Source of the DNA: Podarcis vaucheri
Lineage: Eukaryota
Strand: one strand, 5' to 3'
Length of the DNA: 64,000 nt
NCBI GenBank assembly: GCA_965113315.1
Contig: OZ220366.1
The stretch's first letter is position 1. Each line of letters begins with the position of its first letter. The notes beneath the pieces were generated by a model. That model made no database searches, was not told the DNA's origin, and worked only from the letters and a program-made list of their open reading frames with translations. This document shows positions 38,276-51,272 of the stretch, one piece after another. A program made the translations under genes and the position numbers.

Positions 38276-38628
38276 GTTAAGGGGTGATATGATAGCCATG
38301 TTCAAATATATAAAAGGATGTCACATAGAGGAGGGAGAAAGGTTGTTTTCTGCTGCTCCAGTGAAGCGGACACGGAGCAATGGATCCAAACTACAAGAAA
38401 GAAGATTCCACCTAAACATTAGGAAGAACTTCCTGACAGTAAGAGCTGTTCGACCGTGGAATTTGCTGCCAAGGAGTGTGGTGGAGTCTCCTACTTTGGA
38501 GGTCTTTAAGCAGAGGCTTGACAACCATATGTCAGGAGTGCTCTGATGGTGTTTCCTGCTTGGCAGGGGGTTGGACTCGATGGCCCTTGTGGTCTCTTCC
38601 AACTCTATGATTCTATGATTCTATGATT
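38276..38628 (+). mobile_element. Young CR1 LINE 3' fragment
   Basis: Open frame LRGDMIAMFKYIKGCH...FKQRLDNHMSGVL and (TTCTATGA)n tail. Confidence 0.95.
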
Positions 38629-39924
38629 TCATGATAAAAAGTCACATTGGGTCCACCTGTTAAAAACAAACATTGTAAGTAGCTGGGTCTCTTAGGCACT
38701 ACAATGCCTTTTTGCAGACTAGAGAATGGTATGCTGATTCTTCTCACCCTACCTAATGATTCTCTAAATGACGCCAATTTTGATGATATCCAGTCAGAAA
38801 TTGAAGATATGCCACCTGGGCACAAACACATTGCACCATCGATTGCAATGGGATGCTGTTAGGAAGAGCAACACCACTCCTTTCAAACTGAAAATAGTTC
38901 AAGTGCACTCTCCACATGCAGTGCTTTTACCCATGACTCCCAGGATTTTTTTTCCTCCCAGGATTTTTTTCCCTGACAAGTGAGAACCTCACACATGGAG
39001 AATAAATAAGAGTCTCTTCATTGCAATTCTTTCTCCTATTTGTAATTCGAGATGCTTTGAGATGGACTTGAATAAAACTTTACAGAATGGATGCATACGC
39101 CTCTGCTAAGGCAGCCTTTTGGAGACAGGTGCTCCAGAATGTGCTTCTAGGGTTGTAGATAGCCATTATATACCTTTTCTGGACCCAGCATTTGTATGTC
39201 CCACCTGAGAGCATATTCACAACTGTTGGGCTTGCCTGTAAAAAGTGTATTTCTTTGAGTAAAAAGCTGGTCTCAGGCCTCACTTCTCTCTTTGACTGCC
39301 TAGTCTAAGTGGCTCTGTTTCCAAGTTGCCTTCAGCATCCAGAGAAGTCCTGCTGGTGCTACCTGTTGCTGGTGTGTGTTTTTTTTATCGTTCTTGTGTT
39401 GAGTGTGAGTGTTTGCAGCTTAGACAGTTGTGCTGGTTGGGAATAAAATGTTCTAAACACATTCTGGAGCACATGCCTCCTCAAGGCGACCTCAGCAAAG
39501 GCGTATGTGTCCAGCGTGTAAAGTTTTGTTCAAATCCAACTGAGAGCAGATTTTCATTCAAAGAAAAATACCTTTCACAGGTTAAGCCTGTGTTTCTTTT
39601 CAGTGCAAAGGTGTGTAGAAACCTTGTCCCTCCCAGCTGTGTTATAGAGGATAAAAGGCTGCTCTTTTGTAATTGCCCTCTTTCATTTTTCCTTGATAGT
39701 CTTTCTTCCAGCAAATGTGGGGAGATTTTAGCCCTCCAGACGTTTTTGGACTTCAACTCCCAGCATCCCCAACATGGCTAACGGTCAGAGATGGTGGGAG
39801 TTGTAGGCTAGCCACATCGGTCGGGCCACAGATTCTCTACCCCTGAATTACATGTATATTGCAAGGAATAGTCGGTAGATCTTATTACGATTTTATTACA
39901 GAGGTGTGTATGGCTTGGAGAGAT

Positions 39925-40370
39925 TTGTATGGAGATTTGCATGGCGTGGAGAAAGTGAATAAGGATTCCCCCCACCATCTCTCATAATAAGAGAAGCTGG
40001 GGCCATCCAGTGAAGCTCAAAGTTGGAAGATTCAGGGCAGTCAAATGAAATTACTTCTTCACGCAGCACATAGTTAAGCTACGGAGTTCACTCCGACAGG
40101 ATGTAGTGATGGCTGCCAACTTGGATGACTTTAAAAGAGGATTAAACAAATTCATGGAGGCTACTACTACTAGCCACAATGGCTGTATTCTACCTCCACT
40201 GCCCGAGAGAGCATTCCTATGTATATCAGTTGCTGGCAGCTGCAATTTGAGGAGAATGCTATTGCACTCAGGTTTTGCGTACAGGCTTCCCATTGGCATC
40301 TGTCTGGTCATAGGATGCTGGACTAGAGAGGCATTTGGTCCGATCACGGCAGGCTCTTATATTCTTATGA
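39925..40370 (+). mobile_element. CR1 LINE 3' fragment, second subfamily with different 3' UTR
   Basis: YFFTQHIVKLRSSLRQDVVMAANLDDFKRGLNKFME; tail tcttatattcttatg. Confidence 0.85.
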
Positions 40371-41829
40371 GAAGTAAAAGGAGTTATACTAGGAGTGATA
40401 TTGTGAGTAATGGTTTCCATTTATTTTGCACATCAAAATCATTTCTCCTTGTAGAAGAAACAACTGTCCTTATATTACAAAGGCAAATACTTTTCATGAG
40501 AAGTTAATCCCATTTTAAAACAGTACTGAGGGGCTGGACTTTGGTTAATTATAAATGAATGTTTTTAAATGCAAACTAATTATTTTATTTGTTGCATTTA
40601 GACTGTTTACATGTAAAACTTCATATATCCTTATGCTGATCCAGTATCTTATTCAGTCACTTTGGAGGTCTTGATCAGAAGTGTTTTCAGTAGTCTAGCA
40701 CTGGAAAGTAATTCTGCTAATTAGTTTTTGCTGGCCGTTGAATATTTGCCTAGTAATTATCCTTGACACTTCATTCTCTTCTTTTCTTTACCAAACAAAC
40801 TGAATTATGACCTTGAGAATAAAACATTATACAGTGAAGGCTGATATGTAATCCAGAAATCTGCATTAGCAATATTGAACCAATCAACATCAACAAAATA
40901 GCTATTTGAATACCTACAGAATGTGGTTCAAAACCACATAGTTGGAACTATGCTTATTGACTACAAAACACTGAAATGTCAAGGAATGAAAGTGATTCCT
41001 GTTTGTTAATGATCAAGCAAAATGCTGTGGCAGCTTTTTGGCCATCTCCCAAACTCAGTCTAATCCATCAAAAGCAATAATTTAAAGTATGTTGCCTCAT
41101 GTGTTCTATTTTAATTGTTTTAACAATACCACACATTAGGGTATTGTTTGTTATAAAATAAATACTTTAAAAATGGAAGTCATCTCATAGTAAATGGCAC
41201 TTAGAGCTTTACAGAGTTCTGCCAATCCTGTGTTTATCTGCTTGCAGTTCAAGGAGTTATTTCAGAAACATAGTGTTGACAACTATCTCTACAGCAGCAC
41301 GATTCCTTGTCAGTGAATGAAACCTAGGCCATTGCCTTGAGACCTGGAAACAACCCTAGATCACACAATAGATTTGTTTTACATGCAAGCTGTCTTGACC
41401 TTCTTTGCAATACTACAACTTGCAACCACTCCTATTAAAAAAACCATATCTTTGATTGCCCTGTTCACATTTGTCTACATCAATGCACACTTAGAGACAA
41501 TTGGGACTGCTCATGAATAGAATAAAATTCAGTGTGTTGTAATCCCAAGTAAAACTCTACATTAGGAAAGAAACTATGTAGGGCTTAGGCTTGGTTTTCT
41601 CTTATGTCAGGTGTATGTCTTTCTATTCCTGCATTCAAGCAGCTATACTTAGTGTACCATTCTCTTTTATTTATTAAATTTCCAACCCACCCTTCATCCC
41701 AAAAAAGCTCAGCATGGCAGTCCCCAAAGTGGTAAGACAATAAAATAAAAATATACTTACAGTATCTAAAAACCGTGTAAAACACACTGGTCAACACCAG
41801 CTGGAAACTACCTAGCAATGGCACCACCA

Positions 41830-42110
41830 ACATGGTCTCCCCTGCTGATTGTAGGGCCCAAGATGGTGGTTATTAGGGAAGGTGCTTTTTTAAGTACTAC
41901 CCAAGTCATGTAAGACTTTGTATGCTACTACTAACAGTTTGAGTTGGGCACATCAGCTCATAGCCAGTGCAGCACTTTCAGGAGTTGTGACACATGGTCA
42001 CATCAGGCTACCCCACTTCCCAACCTAGTGGCCACATTCTGCACTATCTGCAGCCTCTGGGCCATCCTCAAGGGTGACCTTGCATTACAGTAGACAAGGC
42101 AGGTGAACAT
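41830..42110 (-). mobile_element. Degraded L2 LINE fragment
   Basis: Reverse strand resembles the L2 RLDYCNA...LQLVQNAAA region. Confidence 0.5.
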
Positions 42111-42279
42111 TTGTGTTCTTCAAGTAGTAAGTACCATTGTTTACATAGTCAAAAGTGCAACATGCATCCACAAGAGGGGAGGTTCAGTAGATTCAAGGTA
42201 AAACCCCAAGTTTCCAGAAGTATCAAATATCTTTAGAAGTAACATTGCTGATGGGTGCATATCTGGACGACTTTGTCAA

Positions 42280-42546
42280 GTTATGGATGTCCCATTTTAA
42301 GGAAGCTGTTGACAAACTAGAGGGCAACAGGATAATGAGGGCATTTGGAAACCAAGTTGCACAGAAGTGGTTGAAAGATGTTAAGCCCGGATAATAGAAA
42401 ATGAAGAGGACACATGATACATGTTTTCAATTATCTGAAGGGCTGTCACGTAGAAGATGGTGCAAACATCTGCTAGGAGCACTTTAGCTACAAGATCCCT
42501 GCATTGAGCAGGGCTTGGACTAGATGCCTTCCAACTCTAGCATTCT
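42280..42546 (+). mobile_element. Degraded, internally deleted CR1 3' fragment
   Basis: ttttaaggaagctgttgacaaact...tatctgaagggctgtcacgtagaag...cagggcttggactagatg...ttccaactct. Confidence 0.75.
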
Positions 42547-43294
42547 TTGGTTCCAAAGCAATGCTGTGGGGCTGGGTGGAATTCACATACATATTTTCCC
42601 AACACGGACAGGATGAAAATAGCTACTGGGATGGATTTAGATCAAGAAAAAGATCACAGCAGGGAAGAGTCAAACATATTTTCTCTAGCGCTACTAGAGA
42701 ATCCTCCTGGCTGCTTTTCAACCAACCAACCAAACGGCACATAATCAGCTTTTGAATAGCTTTCTAGCAAGCTCACATGATACAACCTGTGTGTTTTGTA
42801 TCACTTCCTGCCAGGATAATGGTCTTCCACTTAAAGAGTGAGAAAACTTAACTAATGTTTTGTTTACTGCAAAATGTAATTATAATATTTAATAAAGTCA
42901 AACTTAGTGTTGATATTTACTTACCTACTTACTTACGTATTTTAATGCTGTTCTTCAACTAAAAAAGGCTCCTAGAGCAGCTTAGACATTTCAGGGATAA
43001 GAAGGTCAGGCCTCACAAAATACAAAGAATGTGGCAGGAAGGAGGGAGGAAGCAAACTGGCACTAGTTCTTAGAGACAAAATGCATGCTTTTGCCTACAA
43101 AGGGCTTCATAGGTGGTATTACAAAAGGACAAAATTGTTTAAGTAAGGATGGCTAGAGACAAATTTACACTGCTTTCATTGTTTTATTTAATTATGAAGA
43201 AAGATCGCATTAAATATGTGTGTTTTAGTTCCCATGTGTGACCAGTGCCAGAATTTTGCATTGAATATTTTAAATATATTTACTGCTTATTTAG

Positions 43295-43512
43295 GCTGTG
43301 CAAGGTCGATCTATTACACAACAGGATAGAGACTTGCGTGTTGATTTGGGATTTCGGGGAATGCCCATGACAGAAGAACAGAGGCGACAGTTCAGTCCCG
43401 GTCCACGAACAACAATGTTTCGTATTCCAGAATTTAAATGGTCCCCGATGCACCAGAGGCTACTTACTGATTTGCTTTTTGCTTTAGAAACTGATGTGCA
43501 TGTTTGGAGAAG
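43295..43512 (+). CDS. NBEA: NBEA coding exon (218 nt, phase 0-2)
   Basis: atttag|GCT...AG|gtaagg; [72 protein letters not shown]. Confidence 0.97.
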
Positions 43513-44363
43513 GTAAGGGGCCTTTTTTGTATCATTTTTTGTATCATTATTTCACTAGTATAATAATAAAACTATCATTGCCTGTTAATCACACTAGGCA
43601 GTTAAGCTTACTGCTGTGGAAGCTGTTAATATATTCCTTTACTTAGCTACTTGAATGAGTAGCATGCTTCCTGCTCTTCATAAAGTAAATTTTCTGTTTG
43701 ACATTTACTACACACATTCAGCATGGTTAGTAATATAGCTTCAAGAATGTTGGGACTCAAGGTGACATTCCTGGTTCTCCTGATCCTGTGAGGAAGGTTG
43801 GCTGAGAGAAAGAGAGCGATTAGCCCAAGTGCATTTTAAGGTCAAGTGGAGATTTGAGCCATTGTCTCCCAGGTCTTAATCTACTTAATAGCCTTCCACC
43901 TTACTCCACATTCTTGAAAAGAAGATGTAGAAAATAACTAACTGGGATACAGAGGAGAGAAATACTCTTTTCCCTTAGGCCTTGAAGCATATTAGGTTTC
44001 TTGTTAATAGTCCTGTGTAGCAGCTTATAGAATAGCCAATTTAAGCTACATGCACTCTTATATCGGGGTCAGGGAATAAGCTGCATGGAACTTTGTGGGG
44101 CTTCCATAAGCTGGAAGAAAGTTTGGTTCATTTTGTCTCCAGTGGTAGGTGTGTCATTAATGTATCACATGTGTTGGCAGACAGCTTATTAATAAGAAAG
44201 TTGGATGGTAGCATTTCAGAACTTATTTGCAAGGCTACTTTTTAAAAATAGTTTTCATTGTGATTTCTTGCTGTTAATAAACCTTTATGTTGGTTTTGAT
44301 CTTTGTGTTAGAAATCTATTCTAAAATTTCCCTAACGCATTTTTCCTCAATTATTTTTTGTAG

Positions 44364-44517
44364 CCATTCCACAAAGTCTGTCATGGATTTTGTCAATAGC
44401 AATGAGAATATTATTTTTGTACATAACACTATCCACCTCATTTCCCAAATGGTAGACAATATTATCATTGCTTGTGGAGGAATTCTACCATTGTTGTCTG
44501 CAGCAACATCCCCAACT
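44364..44517 (+). CDS. NBEA: NBEA coding exon (154 nt, phase 2-0)
   Basis: ttgtag|C...ACT|gtaagt; (S)[51 protein letters not shown]. Confidence 0.97.
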
Positions 44518-45921
44518 GTAAGTACAATATTTCCATCTAGTGGGTATGTTGAAAATTGCATGCCAAGAACAATGTGCCAGATGCTTTGTTTTTGGAAGTT
44601 TCCCTTAAAAGAAGAAAATGTACATTTTTTTAAAAAAAAAGTTTAGAAAGTGAATTCTAATCAAACATGTTCTTAACCAGTTTATATAGGTAATGCTGTG
44701 TTAAAGCAATGATTTATTTTTGAAACAGTACAGTTTTCAAATGCTCTGGGAAAACTAATAGCCACAATTGCTAGAAAGTTATACCAATAGCTAAACCACT
44801 TTTCACCTAGCTTATCCCATTTAGAATCATTATAGAATGATTTTCTAAAATATCTGAATGGAGGTACTAAACATTTCAAGAGAAATATGTCTTTAATTTG
44901 GGAGCATATTCCATTTAGGAGAGACAAAGTATGTACACCCTTTTGTTGCAGGTGGTATATGTGGAATTCTTTTGTTGGATACAGTACAAACAAGCACAGT
45001 TCAAATTCCTTGACCACTTCTTCCTTGTGGCACTAACACTGTAAAATACCTTCTTTAGAATTATTGCTGGACTCTTACATCAGTTTTACAAAGATAGGCA
45101 AAGTTCCAAAGAGGCCTATTAGATGTGTACAATGGCTTGCACACATCCAGTGGTACGTCTCGTCTTCCCTTCATTTTACCCCCAAAACATCACAATATAT
45201 TTTAAAGAGTGTCTGAAACTGCCTCATGTTTCAAGGATACTTTTGAGAGCAGGACAGAGAACTAAAAGGAGAGACTTCTAAAGGCCCCCTCACACATGGA
45301 GCAAAGCACATAACTCTGGATCTCAGTTACAGCTTTACTTACATTATGCTTACTTATTTAATAAAATGTACACACCACTGAATTGTTGTAAAGAGCTTAG
45401 AGAAACCTCTAAGCTCTTTACAACAATTATTAAATATAAATATGGATAAATAAGACAGGTCACCCTTCTAAAAGCAACACATTGCAATACAGAATTAAGT
45501 TTCGATCAGTGTTTTTTCTCTTGATCTTCCCTAACTTCCCACTTAGCCCAGAGTTCAACATTGGGTCCCCAGATGTTGTTGGACTACAACTCCCATCAGC
45601 CCTGACAGATGACTAAGCTGGCCGTGTTTGGTGGGTGCTGTAGTCCAGCAACATCTGAGCACCCAAGGTTGAAGAACAGGGAAGTGGGAATGGGGCTGTA
45701 GAGTTCTGGGGTTATAGAATGGGAGCTGGTGCTCACATTCTCTGTATTAACCTCCTACTTGAAAAATCCCCAGGAGTGGAATGAGGAGCAGGCTGGATTA
45801 GAACCTTTCTCCTTGATGCATATGATGATGATAATTAACTTGCAGGAAATTGCTTAAATGAATGAATATTAAAAAGAGAGAAAGAAGATACCTCACTTGC
45901 AGCCTGGGGTGATGTAGTCCA

Positions 45922-45970
45922 CTCTTCCACAAGTCTTACTAGCCTCTTCCACAAGTCTTACTAGCCTCTT
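45922..45970. repeat. 22-bp tandem duplication (CTCTTCCACAAGTCTTACTAGC x2.2)
   Basis: Direct reading. Confidence 0.9.
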
Positions 45971-46053
45971 GGCATTTAATGTGCAGGGGTATCACTTACA
46001 GATGCGCTCAATTCTTGGAACACTTCATAAACAGAATCTGGTGTTTCCAATAA

Positions 46054-46120
46054 AGCTTGGCAGGGCGTTGGACTCGATGGCCCTTGTGGTCTCTTCCAAC
46101 TCTATGATTCTATGATTCTA
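46054..46120 (+). mobile_element. Extremely 5'-truncated CR1 tail
   Basis: Near-identical to 38558-38625; flanked by TAAAGC direct repeat. Confidence 0.9.
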
Positions 46121-46952
46121 AAGCGCAGGTTCTTTTCTGGTCAGTAGAAGAGAGAAATCCTCTTGATCTTAAAGCTGCCCTGCCCCCCCCCCAGTAAGAA
46201 TGCAAAGTTTGGTGTAAGATAGATTTCCTAGTTAAAAAACAATGAGACCACAACAGTCATGAATAGACTGTACAAATTGGCAAACAGGAGGAGTTTGTTT
46301 GAGGTCATACATGACACAATTACAGCATGAATTACAGCACAAATACAGTGTATTGCCTTTAGATTTTGATAGGAATGTGAGAATAGAACAGGCTTCTCTT
46401 TGGAAACAGCAACTTAGATTCAAAGTGCTACTTTGGGCACCCCCAGTGGGATCTGAGACTTTCGTTTGAACAGCATATGTCTTTTACCTATTCCAAGTTG
46501 TAAGCTGCTTTTGAAAAACTTTTCTGCGTTTCAAAAATGGTTTTCCAAATCTAAGTCTAGAGCTCCATTTAGCACACAAAACTGCTATTTGGATCGGGGC
46601 TCTTGACATTTAATTTAAAATGTAGAAATGTTCTAGTATGCACACAGCCGCTATTTTGGTAATGCATGTTAGATAACCATGTTGCTTTCTCAGCCAAATG
46701 ACTGACAAGGCACACTTCACAGTACTGCAGCTGATCTGTGAATACTCTTTGGAAAATGATTGATGGCATGGAGCCATTCAGCAGTTGCTTAGAACTATTT
46801 TGCAGCTCAGAATGGTGAATGTAAATATAAAACCGTAAAAATTACCAGCAGATCACAAGATCCTTGCATCTGGCAAATTGTTGGGTTTCAAAATGTCTTA
46901 GAGGCACCGAGCGCTTCATTTTATTTTGATGGAGGGGTTGCCTTTGAAGGTA

Positions 46953-47331
46953 GGGAGCGGGTGGCGCTGTGGTCTAAACTACTGAGCCTCTTTGGCTTAC
47001 TTATCAGAACATTGGCGGTTTGAATCCCTGCGACGGAGTGAGCTCCCATTGTTCTGTCCCAGCTCCTGGCAACCTAGCAGTTCAAAAGCACTTCAGTACA
47101 AGTAGATAAATAGGTACCGGTGCGGCGGGAAGGTACACGGCGTTTCTGTGCGCTCTGGCTTCCGTCACAGTGTTCTGTTGTGCCAGAAGCTGGCCACATG
47201 ACCCAGAATGCTGTCTGTGGACAAACACCAGCTTCCTCAGCCTGAAAGCAAGATGAATGCCACAACCTCATAGTCGCCTTTGACTGGACTTAACTGTCAT
47301 GGGGTCTTTGTCTTTACCTTTGCCTTTACCT
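46953..47331 (+). mobile_element. Sauria (Squam1) SINE
   Basis: Same head and tail as the other copies; TSD tgcctttgaag / tgtctttgaag. Confidence 0.92.
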
Positions 47332-47683
47332 GTCTTTGAAGAATTAAAAGTTTACAAATAGCAAGCCAGGCTTTTTTTTCCATTTTGGTAATTCTGACTT
47401 CTAGCTTTTACTAAGAAAAATGTATTTATTCTTCGTATATTTATTTTTGTTCATCTATTTGTGTATATTGAACTGCATAGGTCAAATGATATCTAATTTT
47501 GTTTGAACTTCAGATTTTGTTTTCAAGAGGTTGTTTTAAAAATTGAAACATTCAAATTGTAAAGTAAAATACATGATTTTAGAGTATTAGTTTCTATTTT
47601 GCATTGTATTTTTTAATTTGACTGTAACATTTCTTTTTCTTTTTGTTGTGATCTGTTGTCTGCTTTGTCTGTTGCATGTCCAG

Positions 47684-47692
47684 GGTTCTAAG
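47684..47692 (+). CDS. NBEA: NBEA 9-nt microexon (Gly-Ser-Lys, phase 0-0)
   Basis: Long U/UG-rich tract, then ttgcatgtccag|GGTTCTAAG|gttagt. Gives the SPT-GSK-TEL junction I recall from mammalian NBEA. Confidence 0.92.
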
Positions 47693-48542
47693 GTTAGTAT
47701 TACTGCTACAAGTTTCAGTTCATAGCTTTACAATTTATTTTATTTCTTATGCATTTTTCAGTTATCCAGCCTTTGATAGAATGAAGTAAATAATATCTGC
47801 ATTATGAAATTGTTCATAACACTGTAAAAATATTGATCTTGAGTCGGAAATGCCATCTTCACAACATATCACAGGGCACCACATGCAATACTTTGATTCA
47901 GATGCATCAAAATGTGGGAGGACATACCATCCACTTTGTATTATTGTGCTTTCACCTACATGATCTGTGTTTAGTGGGTGTGTAGTGGATCAAGGGACTT
48001 ACCGGTAATAAACATGCTGTTGTTTCAGGAAAATACTCATTCAAGATTATTTTTACTGCAGGCCTAAGTTTTATTGGATAAATATCAATGAAAAACCTAA
48101 ACAAATTGACTGGTTATTTTTTAACTGTTACTCATGCTTGGATCGTTAGCGCTTGCATAGTAAAAGATCTGTTTTGAATATTTACATTGTTTTATGAAAT
48201 AGGCAATATTAGCATAGAGTAGACCTTAAAAGAGAGGAGGACAAAGTGTTATCTCCTCCCCAAATTATCAATTTTTGCAGGAAAGAGTTTGGAGGGTGCA
48301 AAATTTTGTGCCTGGTAGAAGGAAGATATTCTCATCACAAACATGGCCAGTCCAAAGCTCTGTATCCACAGTCCTGCTCAATTTGTGGATTTGGGATCAT
48401 ATAAATAAATAGAATTCATTTGCACAGGCCTTATCTTTATGTATTGTGGTGGTTGTTTAGTGTATTTATATTCCAGCTTTCTCCCAAGTTGGAGTCAAAG
48501 TAGCTTACATCATTTTCAAACAACTTTATAAAATACAAAGTA

Positions 48543-48781
48543 CAGTCAAACCTCGGTTCTTGAACGGCTCCATTGCTGAACATTTCAGCTCTCGAATGCC
48601 TAACCTGGAAGTAAGTGTGCTGGTTTTCAAATATTTTTCAGAACTCAAACGACTTCCGATGTGTGATTCTCTTTTTTCCTCATTGAAATTGCTGACAGCG
48701 CTTTGATTTTCGGTTTTCGAACATTTCGGAAGTGGAAGGATTTTCCGGAATGGATTACGTTCAAAAACTGAGGTTCCACTG
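48543..48781. mobile_element. Tc1/mariner (Tigger-like) MITE
   Basis: TA|CAGTCAAACCTCGGTTCTTGAACG...CGTTCAAAAACTGAGGTTCCACTG|CA (right TSD mutated). Confidence 0.8.
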
Positions 48782-51091
48782 CAATAAAAATAAGCTTGTT
48801 AAAAGCAACAGAGGCTGTGGGGCAAGTGGACGAAGAAGAGAAACTTTGGGTGGGTGCTTGATCTGGCACCTGGATCAAGTTTATATGTTAAATATCACGA
48901 GGGACAAGATGGAGATCTGAGGGACCCCGCATGTCAGTGACTATGGAATTCCCCAGCATCACTTTCTGAACTTGTCCCTCCAAGAGCGATCAGAGCCACT
49001 GTAAAGCAGTGGCCCCAGGTCTCATCTCACAGGCGGTGCAGAAGGATACCACAAAGATTTGGGAGGAATCCTAAGCCTTGCAGGACTACCAAAAAATAGA
49101 AGAAACCCATAAGTGGAGGGGGAAGCCTAAAACAATCTATTCAGAGCTGAGAATGCCCAGTGAACATTAAATGTTGACTGATTGATAGGGCTGGGGAAGT
49201 GGAAATCTCAGGAGGAAGTGGCTACAAACCTGAACAGGCTCACCATTACAACATTTTGTTGCCCCACTGATGCACTAACAAAAGTGCATCCTGTTGGAAG
49301 TTTTGTAATGTCGGTGAACAATATCTGCATCCAGATGCGCATTTAGGATTCTCTGTATTTTACTGTCCCTTCATTACAATAGAAAACTGTGTGGCCTTCT
49401 TGTAAGACAATGCAGTCATCGCAAGAACTGAAGTGTTTCTCCACCAATTTACACTAAATATAAAACATTTGCTTTATTTTTCGCTCAGTAGTGGTGCCAC
49501 ATCGTTAATTATGATGGTTTGTGTTGTGCCACAACATTGTCATGCTCTCTTTGTGCCCCCTGGTTGGCTGGGATGCACTCATGCAGTTTAGGGGAGGGGT
49601 GAAACAAGAGCTGTGAAAAGGAATGAATAAGGTATAGTTAGGCAGGTGTTTGAAGGGATTTCACATTCCTAAATTTTAAAGAGAAAAATAATTCTAGTTT
49701 GCCTGTGAAATCTTTTTGGTGAAATAATTACTTAGCCAGACAATAATGGGAGCACTTCCTAAAATCGTTGACTTCTTTCTCCTAACTTTTAATGAGAGCA
49801 AAATCATATTCCAACATATTTGTAAGTTTCTCTGTGAAAATGGACCTTCCCACTGAGTTTACATTCTTAAAAACTAACTGTAATTTATAATTGTGGAACA
49901 CAATGGGTTTAAATATAAATTAGAGCATATTTCTTTGGACTTGTTTATAATAGTCTCGGTGTTCTATAGTCCTCCACATATGACTGGGTATAATCTTCAA
50001 AATAACTGTTTTGGGTGTAGAGTGGCACTATTTTTATGGGATAGTTGCAACGTAACAGTTGGCACTCATACCACTTTTAGAAGTGATCCTGTGACTTTGT
50101 GGACATGGAAAAGGATGAATTTTCCAGTTACGGTCTTGTAAACAGGATTTAGTCGCAAGATTGCCCTTGGATTGCTAAATAATTTAATTGTAACTTTTGC
50201 GTATACACGCGCTCATAGGAACAATCTGACAAGTCATTGCATGAAAGAAGTGTGTGTGTGTGCGATAGATATACTTATGTGTGTGCGCAGGAAGGGGGAT
50301 TGATTTCACCTCCAGAGGTGCACTCCATTGTCTCTCTAGATAGACGGATGCCAACAACAACATATATTTAATTTTGTAGGGCTAACAAATAGGACACCCT
50401 GCAGTAAATCCCACTTGGTCAAAAATAATAAACACCCTAGTCTAAAATTCCAATATGTATTGGAACAGTTTTTATTTTTTTTATCACTTGTTTGTTGCCG
50501 TGCGTTCATTTGGAAGGAAAGGATATAAATTTAAAAAAGAAACAAACAAAATATTAAGACTGTATAATCAGTTGTGACTTTACTCATCTCATGACAGTGT
50601 CCTGGCAATCATATTTGTTTCTCCTCGTACTCCAAAAATAAATTAAATTATGCTTTGTGTCCACTTTTCAAATAATGCTTTCCTAAGTGTACCTCAAAGA
50701 TAGAACAAGATTATTTTTTGTGCGGGCTATGTATCTTCTCTTAGTTCCCCAATGATGCAGGAAGATATAGCAGCTCTATGAGTCCTCCTTGTCCTGTGCT
50801 TCTGTTCCTTAATATGGACAATTTACAGATAGACAAAATTGAGAACTCTTTCTGCATTGTCTCACACACTCATATTACCATAGTGCTTTGGCTCATATGA
50901 GTAGCATTAGTTTACTTACCAGTGTAGGAACTTTGTATTACCTAATATGGCATGCAAATGTGAATCCATCTCTTCTCATGCCCATTTCTATACTGTTTGT
51001 GTTCAGTTTAATCGGAGATTGTTTTGGTATATTTCATGCATTCAAATGTGTGATAGATTTAGGAGTCTAATGTAATGATTTTCTTTTAAAG

Positions 51092-51272
51092 ACTGAATTG
51101 GAGAACATTGAAGTAACTCAGGGTATGTCAGCAGAGACAGCAGTGACTTTCCTCAGCCGCCTGATGGCTATGGTTGATGTACTAGTATTTGCCAGCTCGC
51201 TAAATTTTAGTGAAATTGAAGCTGAAAAAAACATGTCTTCTGGAGGCTTAATGCGACAGTGCCTAAGGCTTG
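51092..51272 (+). CDS. NBEA: NBEA coding exon (181 nt, phase 0-1)
   Basis: ttttaaag|ACT...CTT G|gtaagt; [60 protein letters not shown]. Confidence 0.97.

Noticed and set aside
38718-38862. Acceptor-like tttttgcag followed by acidic frame LENGMLILLTLPNDSLNDANFDDIQSEIEDMPPGHK...
   Set aside because: Out of phase with the upstream exon, ends in a stop, has no convincing donor, and I recognise no homologue.
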